Shown in pieces: positions 9,301 to 17,900 of a stretch of DNA of 64,000 nucleotides. Under the pieces are notes generated by a model, which was not told the DNA's origin, did no database searches, and was given only the letters and a program-made list of their open reading frames with translations. Where the stretch lies: positions 1-64,000 of IMG/VR virus record IMGVR_UViG_3300040801_004314. The stretch is one strand, 5' to 3'. Within the stretch, counting starts at the first letter, position 1, and each line of letters opens with the position of its first letter. The position numbers and the translations under genes were made by a program. Origin of the DNA: a virus.

Positions 9301-9645
9301 GTTGTGAAAGGTAATCATATTAGTACTATTCACAACGGTATTTAATAAACTAGCTATGGATGTTATGTTGTGAAAGGTAATCATATTAGTACTATTCACA
9401 ACTATGGAAATCCCGACCCGAACAAGCCAGAGGTTGTGAAAGGTAATCATATTAGTACTATTCACAACAAAATGCAAGATATACTAACTAGAGAGCTAGT
9501 TGTGAAAGGTAATCATATTAGTACTATTCACAACATAATAGAAATGTAAAGTCCACCTCATATAGTTGTGAAAGGTAATCATATTAGTACTATTCACAAC
9601 AAATTTAATAATTGATTGCAGTGATTGTCTGTTGTGAAAGGTAAT
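9301..9645 (+). CRISPR. Type II CRISPR array: five identical 36-bp repeats, a truncated sixth, and five 30-nt spacers
   Basis: Repeat GTTGTGAAAGGTAATCATATTAGTACTATTCACAAC at 9301, 9367, 9433, 9499 and 9565; partial GTTGTGAAAGGTAAT at 9631. Spacers at 9337-9366, 9403-9432, 9469-9498, 9535-9564 and 9601-9630. Orientation is inferred from the anti-repeat pairing. Confidence 0.97.
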
Positions 9646-9770
9646 ATAATAATACCTTAACACAACCAACGATAACTTATGTTATCGGGAGTGAATTTCA
9701 GTAGATTAAGTAGAGCAAGACATACATTAGCTCGATTTAGTAACTCCACTAACCTACTTTGGTAGGATCT
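9601..9770 (+). ncRNA. Putative natural single-guide RNA (spacer 5 + truncated repeat + loop + tracrRNA copy 2)
   Basis: GTTGTG-A-AAGGTA (9631-9643), a 9-nt loop ATATAATAA, TACCTT-AA-CACAAC (9653-9666), then a near-identical copy of the tracrRNA 3' hairpins ending CCTAC-TTTG-GTAGG (9753-9766). Confidence 0.8.
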
Positions 9771-9790
9771 AAAAATAAATACATATTATA

Positions 9791-9821
9791 CTTGTTATAT
9801 TAATAAATAGTGTTATATTTG
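9791..9821 (+). promoter_or_regulatory. Bacteroidota sigma-A type promoter upstream of cas9
   Basis: CTTG at 9791-9794, a 19-nt spacer, then TATATTTG at 9814-9821. Confidence 0.65.
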
Positions 9822-9854
9822 TCAAAAATAAATAATAACTAAAAATAAAATATT

Positions 9855-12800
9855 TTGTCAAGTAACAACTCACTTCTGGATAATTTTTTAAAAAATAAAA
9901 ATATTGATAACATCATGGGCATTGATGTTAATAAAAATAACTACGTCTCTTATTTAGTTATTGATGGTGAGCATAATCAATACTTCAAAATATTTAATGA
10001 AAAGAAAAAAACTACTGTCAGTAACACACTGAAAAATAAAAAGAAAAGAAAAGAAAACTTTTTCGACACCTCTAGCAAAATATTAAAATCCAGTCACACA
10101 AAACTTCATAAACACCGAAAAGAATTAAAGGGAGATTATAAATTCAACCCAGTGTATTTAGCTCATTGCCTAGTTAATAAAAATGAGCTTCCTAAAATGA
10201 ACTTAACTGTTGATGGGGTCTCTTACTCAGATGAAGATGTTGCATTCTATATTATATCTTTGTGGATGTTGAACAGCAGGGGCGCACAATCTCAAAAGTC
10301 AAAAATAAAATTAAGTAAAGAAGATCAAAAAGTAACAAAGAAACTTTCTAAAAAGGGTGTAAAAGCAATAGGTAAAAGAAAGTTAGAAGATATTATAAAA
10401 TCAATACCAAATGATTTAGAAGATCACAAGGTTAGTTATTATCCTACTATCAGGTCTAATAAGATAAATATGATGTTTAGCCCTAATGATTTAAGTTTTT
10501 TTAATCAAAATGATAACAAAGAGTTTTATATTGATATCATAAGTAAATTAGGTGGTAAATATTCTAGGAATGCTAGAAAATTAGCTAACATTATATTTTA
10601 CAATAAAAACCAGAATGAGAGAAAAAATGAAAAGAGAGGTGACTGTTCTTTTTTGAATCATAAAAAAGAATCACATAAAAGGGGTGATAAAAATAATCCT
10701 TATCAAGAATTAAGAATTACTCACTTGAAATTAAACACCTCTAACGAAAAAGATATTAAAGAACTCAATGATGAGTATAAAGATAAGTTTATAAAAAAGC
10801 TTACAGATAAGTCAAATAATGGGTTTATCAATAGTGTTATCATAGATATCTTAAAGTATGATCCGTTTTTTGATAACGATGAGCTATTTTTTAAAAAGGG
10901 TAAAAATAGCATTTTGAACATAGATAATGTAGCAGATATATTTTCTTCAATTTACAATTCTTACGAGACAGGCAAGCCATTAAAGTCATTTAAAGAGTTT
11001 AATTTGACAGCATCCAAGAAAGATTCAATATTAGAATATTTTGAAGAAAGTGGTAGTGTGGTGAGTGATGTTTCTGATAAATTTGCCAAGATATACTCTA
11101 ACTTTTTATTTAAGGGCAGAATCAATAGAACAGGCAATATGCTTAACTTATTAGTCTTGAATAAGGTCTATTCTACTGATGAGGGATATGATAAAAATAG
11201 AGCATGTATATCTAATAAGAAAATCAATGATGTTAAATCTTTTATGGAGAAAGATCTAGGTCTTCTAAAGATTAGCGAAATAGATAATATAATAAATGAT
11301 AAGAGCATTAGGTTTAGGTCTAATGGTTTGGAAGCTAAATTAAAGTTCGAAATTCAGAATTATATAAACAGTGTTTTGAAAAAAAAATGGACTGATCCTA
11401 ACGTACAACAAAAAATGTTTTTAATGGTAGATAATATAATGAATGTTATATTTTCGGATAATCCAAAAAACAGAACTCAACTCATACAAGGAATTGAAAA
11501 AATAAGAAATATAGATTATGTTATAGAATCTACTAGAGCTAAGTCTAACAAGGAAGAGAATGCATTCGAACATATTTTCAATAGAGTGATTAAAAATGTG
11601 TCTCTAAATAAATATCCTTCTAATAATTATAGTAGGTCTAGAATCTTATATGAAAGTGGTGGCATTGATGTTTATGACGGTAACCCTTTATCACTTGAAG
11701 ATACTGATAAAGACCATGTTGTTCCACGCAGTTGGGTAACTTCATATGGTAATAATATATCCAATTTAGTTCCGTGTAAACATTCATTAAACAAGGAAAA
11801 GGATAATAACCTTCCTTTATCTAGTGACTTAAATTTGAACAAGTCTGGATTTAAAAAGCAATTGAATAATATCTATGGAACATCCAGAATTGATGATATT
11901 TGTGAGGATATTTCTATTTATATAGAAGAAGAACACGGAGGTAAACTTTATAATAATGACGTTTGTTATATTGATAGCCATTTGGACTTTTACCATAAAG
12001 AAACTGATAAAAAAGGCAATATAAAGACTAATGGCATATTTAAAAAAATAGACAAATATGACCTTAGAAGACATTTAGTATCATATTTTAATAAAAAAAT
12101 GAACATTTTGTTAATGGAATCGAGTAAAGATGAGTTAGAGATGGAGTTTGGATCTTCTCTACTGTCTAATATTTCTCACTCGGTCTCTGCACTAACTGAT
12201 ATCCTAACTGATGTTTTCGGTGTTGATAGAAGTAGAATAAGCTACACACCAAGACAATTTTCTTATATAGGGAAAATTAGAGGTAAGAGAATATTAGATT
12301 TACCAAAAGATAGAGATTGGAATCATCATCACATGGTAGACTGCTTTTTGTTATTATTGTTAAAACATAGAAAGAATGTATTCCACTCAAAGTCTACTAG
12401 GGAAACTAAATATAAACCTAACTTAAATGATGTTAGTGATATGTATAATTATTTTAAAGAGATGGATATTTATATAAATGACGATAAGGATATTGAGGAT
12501 ATAATAAATGTTCTTAAAATGGTCGAAAATAATACTAAGCCTACATTTAAAAAGGTTAGATCTTTTAAAAAGAGAGTTTCCGTAGATGATAATGGTAAAA
12601 AAACAACTACTATGTCACCACGTGGTAAAATGTTCGGGGATACAATATACGGTTCTTATAAAAAGGATGGCGTTGTGATGTCTAAAGGGTATGAGGTCAA
12701 GGGAATTGTTTTGGATAAGGATAAAGATGGGAAGGATATAAAACAGGACAATGTAATAGTTAAGAATCCAAACACTGGTGAAGACTTCATTTTAGATAAG

Positions 12801-13355
12801 AAGGATAAAAAAAATAGTAATTTACGTAAAATGCCTGAAGGTGCTTATATTGAAAACACTACTAATAAAGAGGAAAATTTATACTTGGGAAAGAAAGTCT
12901 CAAAAAATAAATATCATTCAAAAAAGAAGGGAAGTAATGCATCTCATTCAGTATATTTTCATTTAAATGATAAAGGGAAAGCTGTATCAAAAGTGGTAAA
13001 TAAGTTTAGTATGATAGCAAAAAAAGATGAGAATGGGAATGTTGGCGTTAAGTGCAGTGAAGAAATAAAACGTGAAAATAATATCCCAAGTGATGCTATT
13101 AGAATATCAAAAAAGGATGTATTTAATTTTAGTGGGTATATACATAATTTTAAGGGAGTTGATTATAAGATGAACTCTCTTTATAAAATAAATGCTATAA
13201 ACAAAAATATAATAGTAACTGAAATAAGTACTAATTTAAGCTATAAAACCAAAGAAGAGGAAGCTGAGTTTCTAGTTAGTAATAAAATTGCATTTAGTAT
13301 TTCTTATGAGAAATTCTATAAACATTTTGGTAAAACCATTCATTTAGTAAAATAA
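9855..13355 (+). CDS. cas9: Divergent Cas9 (type II-C-like), 1166 aa; start uncertain (TTG at 9855 or ATG at 9915)
   Basis: RuvC-I IMGIDVNKN; REC motifs RG.QSQK and IIFY...RGDCSF...KRGDKNNPYQELRI; DPNVQQ; RuvC-II YVIESTR; HNH DVYDG...DKDHVVPRS...NLVPC...LNKEKDNNLP; RuvC-III KDRDWNHHHMVDCFL. Adjacent to the array and tracrRNA. Confidence 0.9.
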   Translation: MSSNNSLLDNFLKNKNIDNIMGIDVNKNNYVSYLVIDGEHNQYFKIFNEKKKTTVSNTLKNKKKRKENFFDTSSKILKSSHTKLHKHRKELKGDYKFNPVYLAHCLVNKNELPKMNLTVDGVSYSDEDVAFYIISLWMLNSRGAQSQKSKIKLSKEDQKVTKKLSKKGVKAIGKRKLEDIIKSIPNDLEDHKVSYYPTIRSNKINMMFSPNDLSFFNQNDNKEFYIDIISKLGGKYSRNARKLANIIFYNKNQNERKNEKRGDCSFLNHKKESHKRGDKNNPYQELRITHLKLNTSNEKDIKELNDEYKDKFIKKLTDKSNNGFINSVIIDILKYDPFFDNDELFFKKGKNSILNIDNVADIFSSIYNSYETGKPLKSFKEFNLTASKKDSILEYFEESGSVVSDVSDKFAKIYSNFLFKGRINRTGNMLNLLVLNKVYSTDEGYDKNRACISNKKINDVKSFMEKDLGLLKISEIDNIINDKSIRFRSNGLEAKLKFEIQNYINSVLKKKWTDPNVQQKMFLMVDNIMNVIFSDNPKNRTQLIQGIEKIRNIDYVIESTRAKSNKEENAFEHIFNRVIKNVSLNKYPSNNYSRSRILYESGGIDVYDGNPLSLEDTDKDHVVPRSWVTSYGNNISNLVPCKHSLNKEKDNNLPLSSDLNLNKSGFKKQLNNIYGTSRIDDICEDISIYIEEEHGGKLYNNDVCYIDSHLDFYHKETDKKGNIKTNGIFKKIDKYDLRRHLVSYFNKKMNILLMESSKDELEMEFGSSLLSNISHSVSALTDILTDVFGVDRSRISYTPRQFSYIGKIRGKRILDLPKDRDWNHHHMVDCFLLLLLKHRKNVFHSKSTRETKYKPNLNDVSDMYNYFKEMDIYINDDKDIEDIINVLKMVENNTKPTFKKVRSFKKRVSVDDNGKKTTTMSPRGKMFGDTIYGSYKKDGVVMSKGYEVKGIVLDKDKDGKDIKQDNVIVKNPNTGEDFILDKKDKKNSNLRKMPEGAYIENTTNKEENLYLGKKVSKNKYHSKKKGSNASHSVYFHLNDKGKAVSKVVNKFSMIAKKDENGNVGVKCSEEIKRENNIPSDAIRISKKDVFNFSGYIHNFKGVDYKMNSLYKINAINKNIIVTEISTNLSYKTKEEEAEFLVSNKIAFSISYEKFYKHFGKTIHLVK

Positions 13356-13361
13356 AAAAAT

Positions 13362-13559
13362 ATGATAAACTGGAAAAAAGATAATGTTCATAATACAGAA
13401 GAAGGTTGGGTTGGTGATACTATGTATTTCGATATCGAAAGACTAAATGGTACAGAAGAAGTAATAATATACCAAATGAAAAAACCATTGGGTAATCAAT
13501 TAAAAATAAAAAGCATGGAAGATGCTAAGAAGTATTGTGAGAAAATAATTAATTTTTAA
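13362..13559 (+). CDS. Small hypothetical protein
   Basis: ORF track; starts 6 nt after the cas9 stop. Confidence 0.55.
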   Translation: MINWKKDNVHNTEEGWVGDTMYFDIERLNGTEEVIIYQMKKPLGNQLKIKSMEDAKKYCEKIINF

Positions 13560-13569
13560 ATATAGATAA

Positions 13570-13827
13570 ATGAAAAGAAAAGAAGTTTACAAAGCAATTG
13601 ACACTGAACTAGATTATGTTCAAAAGCAAGAGAAAATCCAAAAATCACATGTGGTAGAAGATTTCCCTCTATCATCAGGATTGGAAGCAATTAGGTACAA
13701 CCTTGATAAAGCTAACAAGGAATGGTATACCGAACAAGATCCATATCCTAACACGATGGAATATATGAGAAAAATAGCTGGTATATGTGTTAAAATGGGT
13801 ATTAAATATGATATGCCTGATAGGTGA
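13570..13827 (+). CDS. Small hypothetical helical protein
   Basis: ORF track; tightly packed with neighbours. Confidence 0.6.
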   Translation: MKRKEVYKAIDTELDYVQKQEKIQKSHVVEDFPLSSGLEAIRYNLDKANKEWYTEQDPYPNTMEYMRKIAGICVKMGIKYDMPDR

Positions 13828-13885
13828 TTAGGTAGATATAAATTTATTTTGTATATTTGCCTATAATAATTTTTAAACATACAAA

Positions 13886-14095
13886 ATGTACCACTCAGTA
13901 AAAGAAATAGGTAAAAGGTATTCTAAACTTTCTCAAAAAAGAAATGATCTTAAATTATTTAAGTCTGATGGCTTTTTCAATTTTGCCAAAAGCAATATTA
14001 AGAAATATTCACTTATAGAGGAAGGTGATGATATTTTAGTCAGCACATGGGATTGTAATGATCTCATTTCTGATTACAGGAAAACAATTATTTGA
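13886..14095 (+). CDS. Small hypothetical protein (early-type promoter)
   Basis: TATATTTG at 13852-13859 upstream. Confidence 0.55.
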   Translation: MYHSVKEIGKRYSKLSQKRNDLKLFKSDGFFNFAKSNIKKYSLIEEGDDILVSTWDCNDLISDYRKTII

Positions 14096-14148
14096 TTTTA
14101 CTTGTGTAATCTAATACATTATCTTATATTTGTATAAAACTAAACACT

Positions 14149-14376
14149 ATGGAAAATACATTGAAATCAGTAAAGAGAGAACTGTCAGGAAATCAATATG
14201 TTCAAAGCATTTTTGACCCTGTTCAAACACATGCCATTTATGGTATATCTTCTAGTCAAGAAGTATCTGAGTTGAAGATTAAGATTAAAAATAGTGGACT
14301 AGGGAATAGGTTTAGACAGATTAAGAACCGTTTTGGAAATTATATTCTTTGTTTCAAATTAATTAATAAAAAGTAA
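14149..14376 (+). CDS. Small hypothetical protein (early-type promoter)
   Basis: CTTG-N20-TATATTTG at 14101-14132 upstream. Confidence 0.55.
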   Translation: MENTLKSVKRELSGNQYVQSIFDPVQTHAIYGISSSQEVSELKIKIKNSGLGNRFRQIKNRFGNYILCFKLINKK

Positions 14377-14381
14377 AAGCT

Positions 14382-14555
14382 ATGGAATGGATTAAAATAG
14401 ATCCTAAGATAAAAGATTCGATACCAAACGAACCTGTGTGGGTTTACACAATTAAAACCAAAAAAGTTGTATTTGTTCCTAAGGATGAACACATCCCTTT
14501 TAACTTTTGTAGCCATTATAGATTATTGGATAAGCCAGAACCCCCTAAAGATTAA
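14382..14555 (+). CDS. DUF551-like small protein (57 aa, below the track cut-off)
   Basis: MEWIKID...P.EPVWV...SHYRLLDKPEPPKD, the W...H(W/Y)..P.PP pattern. Confidence 0.5.
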   Translation: MEWIKIDPKIKDSIPNEPVWVYTIKTKKVVFVPKDEHIPFNFCSHYRLLDKPEPPKD

Positions 14556-14556
14556 T

Positions 14557-14730
14557 ATGTTCAAAGAATCAAAAAATAGTACTAAAAACCTATTGAGGAA
14601 AAAAGGCATCTTAGTAGATAGTAAAAGAAAAAGAGGTATTAAAACAATGCTCACTAAAGATGGAGTTGATTTAGGTTACTACGATGCTGATGAAGCTCAT
14701 GATAAATTTTTGAAAAATAAATATGCATAA
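14557..14730 (+). CDS. Small hypothetical protein
   Basis: ATG at 14557 within track ORF 14467..14730, directly after the preceding stop. Confidence 0.45.
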   Translation: MFKESKNSTKNLLRKKGILVDSKRKRGIKTMLTKDGVDLGYYDADEAHDKFLKNKYA

Positions 14731-14857
14731 CACAGTTAATTTTACATTAGAAGATGCAAAGGAAATTATAAAATCTAAGGATATAGATTGGGATACTTTC
14801 TGTGGTTTTTCATTTAGTAAGCAAAGACACATTCTTAATAGTCATTAATAATGATAT

Positions 14858-15070
14858 ATGAAGTTTAAAATACAGAAGATAGTAGATAAATACAATGAAG
14901 GTGAATTATCATCTTCTAAAATGCAAAATGAGATAATGAAATTATCTATTGTCAAAAAGAATGATATTAAAGTATGTAGGATATGCGAAAAACATATACT
15001 TATGCTTGATGGAACTTGTCCTAAATGCACTATTTCTTTATCTACCTCATTAGAAGCAAGTGATTTATAA
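14858..15070 (+). CDS. Small zinc-ribbon protein
   Basis: CRIC...CPKC. Confidence 0.5.
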   Translation: MKFKIQKIVDKYNEGELSSSKMQNEIMKLSIVKKNDIKVCRICEKHILMLDGTCPKCTISLSTSLEASDL

Positions 15071-15074
15071 TATT

Positions 15075-15413
15075 ATGATGGGTAATAGAATAGAGGATAC
15101 AGTTTGTTATAAAGGTTTTAGGTTTTGTAAACATAGCGTTGAAATAATAAAAACGCAATTATCTAATTTTGAATTTGCCTACATTGCAAAAGATGGTAGA
15201 CATAGCAGAATTCATATGGCTACAGGATATGACGATGAGAGACATGAAGGCATCATACTTGAAATAACTAACCGTGGTATAGATATAAATGCTGCATTTT
15301 CTACTAAGGCAGAACCTAGAATAGAAACAATGACTAAAGATTGGGAAAAACTCCTTAGTACACATATAAAAAAATCTAAAGAGGTCTGGATTTTTTGTGA
15401 TGAAAATATATAA
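15075..15413 (+). CDS. Hypothetical protein
   Basis: ORF track 15060..15413; ATG at 15075. Confidence 0.55.
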   Translation: MMGNRIEDTVCYKGFRFCKHSVEIIKTQLSNFEFAYIAKDGRHSRIHMATGYDDERHEGIILEITNRGIDINAAFSTKAEPRIETMTKDWEKLLSTHIKKSKEVWIFCDENI

Positions 15414-15430
15414 CTTTAAAATAATATAAA

Positions 15431-15643
15431 ATGTGTGAAATTGAAATGGATAAGGAATTCTGGAAAATAGAGTATATATCCTGCGAGGGAAATTATAGAT
15501 GGGCTACTGCAAGAAGCCCAAAAGGCTGGGATGAGCAAGAAGTGAAAAGTGCCATACCAAAGGGATCTATGGGTGACGATGTAAGTTTTATTACCGAAGT
15601 CTCTCCATCACTTGATAACGATTTCTTTTGGGATTTAGAGTAA
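15431..15643 (+). CDS. Small hypothetical protein
   Basis: ORF track. Confidence 0.5.
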   Translation: MCEIEMDKEFWKIEYISCEGNYRWATARSPKGWDEQEVKSAIPKGSMGDDVSFITEVSPSLDNDFFWDLE

Positions 15644-15660
15644 TATTTAATATTTACAAA

Positions 15661-15966
15661 ATGGAAGATGTAAACAAAAAGATAAAAGATTTAAAAAAGT
15701 TTATTAAAGATAAAACTGACCAAGGAACAGCAAATTATGTAGGTAAAGAAATTAGAGAAATTTGTGGGTTGGTGGAGTCTGAATCAAGAAAAGGCGGTGA
15801 TGTTATAGATGAGTGGATTCCTTTTAATCAAGAAAACTATAACCTATACGCTAAACTTGTTATGGAAAATAATTGCCTTATAAAATATGATAATGGTGAT
15901 ATACAGAAATATCAAGATAAAGAACAACCTTTTGCAACAATAACACATTTTAAAACGATAAAATAA
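15661..15966 (+). CDS. Hypothetical protein
   Basis: ORF track 15628..15966; ATG at 15661. Confidence 0.55.
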   Translation: MEDVNKKIKDLKKFIKDKTDQGTANYVGKEIREICGLVESESRKGGDVIDEWIPFNQENYNLYAKLVMENNCLIKYDNGDIQKYQDKEQPFATITHFKTIK

Positions 15967-16212
15967 ATGGTAGAAAGAAAAAAGTGGGAAGAATTTAGAA
16001 ATACTGGGCTAGTGGTTATCATTAATCAAATCCTCCATGCATTTGGATGGGCAATAGTTTTCGAAGTAGAAAATGACCAAATAAAAGATGTATACCCAGC
16101 CCGAGTTAAATTTAGAGGTTTCAGTAATGATAGAACTGATAAAGCATATAAAAAAATAGGTAAATACTTAAAAGACAATATTGAAGACCTTTATAATGAA
16201 AGTAATCAATAA
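15967..16212 (+). CDS. Small hypothetical phage protein
   Basis: ORF track; abuts the previous stop. Confidence 0.6.
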   Translation: MVERKKWEEFRNTGLVVIINQILHAFGWAIVFEVENDQIKDVYPARVKFRGFSNDRTDKAYKKIGKYLKDNIEDLYNESNQ

Positions 16213-16256
16213 TGCGTAAAACCTTTACATATTAAAATATTTTAATATATAAAGGC

Positions 16257-16871
16257 ATGAATCATATCAAAACCTTTGAGAGCTATAAAGATTCGTCTAT
16301 ACTTATAATTGTAGATGTGCAAAAGAGTTTTAAAAAATATTTCACTGATAACTACCTAAATCAGTTAAAAGAGTATTGTAAAGAATTCGATGAAGTGTTC
16401 CAAATATGGGATAACCATATAAATGGTAGAGTAAGTTCCGAATATTTATTTGATGATGAGCCAGATATCTTATTAGAGGAAGATTTATACCACTTTCCGA
16501 ACCAAACAGAAATAATTGAAAAGAGATACAATTATGATGTTGATGTTGATTTTTATAAAAAAATACTTGATAAAACTGTTCATAAAGACATCAAAAGTAA
16601 ACAAGAAGATGGAACGTTAAAGAAAGGTGATGCCTTTGAAACTACGAATGGAACTGTTATAGTTTATATAGGAAATAAGCATAAATGGCATCATGTAAGT
16701 AAAAAACTATACAATAGAATAATAAAAAACAAGCATAGAAAATTTGTAATAGTAGGTGGATCAGATAAAGAGTGTTTAGAAGATGTTTATATTTCTTGTA
16801 AATCTTTAGGTGCTGATGTGTCAAAAGATAAAAGGTATATTTACTCTGGTAAAAACTGTCCTATTAAATAA
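16257..16871 (+). CDS. Isochorismatase/cysteine-hydrolase-like protein
   Basis: ILIIVDVQ..F at the N-terminus, a central K, and VIVGG.DKECL with a putative catalytic Cys. Confidence 0.6.
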   Translation: MNHIKTFESYKDSSILIIVDVQKSFKKYFTDNYLNQLKEYCKEFDEVFQIWDNHINGRVSSEYLFDDEPDILLEEDLYHFPNQTEIIEKRYNYDVDVDFYKKILDKTVHKDIKSKQEDGTLKKGDAFETTNGTVIVYIGNKHKWHHVSKKLYNRIIKNKHRKFVIVGGSDKECLEDVYISCKSLGADVSKDKRYIYSGKNCPIK

Positions 16872-17249
16872 TTAAAATACCGAAGCAAAAACTTCTATAT
16901 CCCTTATTTTGAATCCTATAACCATATATTCTTGAAACCTTTCGGGATCATCAAAAAACTCAACTTTTAACTCATAGTCTATATTATCAACCTCTGGTAT
17001 ATAGTCAGCTATTTGTGCTTTTATATCACCTTCTATAAATTCAGCAGATAATTTTGTTTCATATAGTAAGTTGGGTAAATCAGCACCGAAATTGGGATCG
17101 CCTAATAACTCCCCTTTATTTGTGAATAGTACCATTTCGTATTTTTGAACAATTACACGTATTATATCATCCTCTATTAATTCAACCTTGTTGAAACTAG
17201 GGTGTCCAGGATATTTGATATACATATCTATAAAATTAGGTGTAGCCAT
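16872..17249 (-). CDS. Baseplate wedge/sheath initiator, T4 gp25-like
   Basis: LFTNKGE..GDPNFGADL..LLYE motif; 125 aa. Confidence 0.8.
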   Translation of the reverse strand: MATPNFIDMYIKYPGHPSFNKVELIEDDIIRVIVQKYEMVLFTNKGELLGDPNFGADLPNLLYETKLSAEFIEGDIKAQIADYIPEVDNIDYELKVEFFDDPERFQEYMVIGFKIRDIEVFASVF

Positions 17250-17297
17250 AGAGTATATATAATTTTTTTGTATCTTTGCTATTATAATATATAGAAC

Positions 17298-17900
17298 ATG
17301 AAAGTATTAGAAAGTTATAAAGAATTTACTTCTAAAATAAGGGCTAAGTATTTTGGTTATGAAATAGTGAAAACTGAACCTATTGAAAACTTATACAAAT
17401 ATAAAGATCACAGAAGGTTACAAACATTTTACCACAAAGGTTTAAAGTGTGTTGAATGTGGTAGAGAAGCTACACAGATAGGTCATGGTTTGGATAAAAT
17501 GGGGGATATACATATTGATGTTTATACAGATGACTTTTTTCCTTTAAATGTTGATCACATAATACCAAAGTCAAAAGGTGGATCTAATACACTTGAAAAT
17601 TATCAGCCTATGTGTGTTAAGTGTAACCAAGAAAAGGGAAATGGAGATGATAATACTGGTAGACCTAAAAAAACTAAGAGGCAAATAAGAAAAGAAATTA
17701 AAAAATGGATTGGTGAAAATCCTGAAAGTAGGGATATAGAAGTTGGTGATGTTGTTTACAAATCTACATATGGTGATAAACTTGGTGAGGTTGAGCATAT
17801 ATTAGAACACCCATTCCAAAAAGGTAGAATGGGCGTTAAAATAAAGGGAAATAAAACCTCAATATATTCTATGAATCAAGTATTTAAAAAGTTAGATTAA
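17298..17900 (+). CDS. HNH endonuclease
   Basis: CVECG...NVDHIIPKSKGGSNTLENYQPMCVKCNQEKG. Confidence 0.85.
   Translation: MKVLESYKEFTSKIRAKYFGYEIVKTEPIENLYKYKDHRRLQTFYHKGLKCVECGREATQIGHGLDKMGDIHIDVYTDDFFPLNVDHIIPKSKGGSNTLENYQPMCVKCNQEKGNGDDNTGRPKKTKRQIRKEIKKWIGENPESRDIEVGDVVYKSTYGDKLGEVEHILEHPFQKGRMGVKIKGNKTSIYSMNQVFKKLD

Noticed and set aside
9265-9477. 70-aa minus-strand ORF with repeated VVNSTNMITFHN
   Set aside because: It is simply the antisense translation of the 66-bp CRISPR repeat-spacer period.
9855-13355. Alternative call as IscB, TnpB or Cas12
   Set aside because: RuvC-I is N-terminal, an HNH lies between RuvC-II and RuvC-III, there is a large REC region, and the 36/30 array has an anti-repeat. 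All of this fits Cas9.
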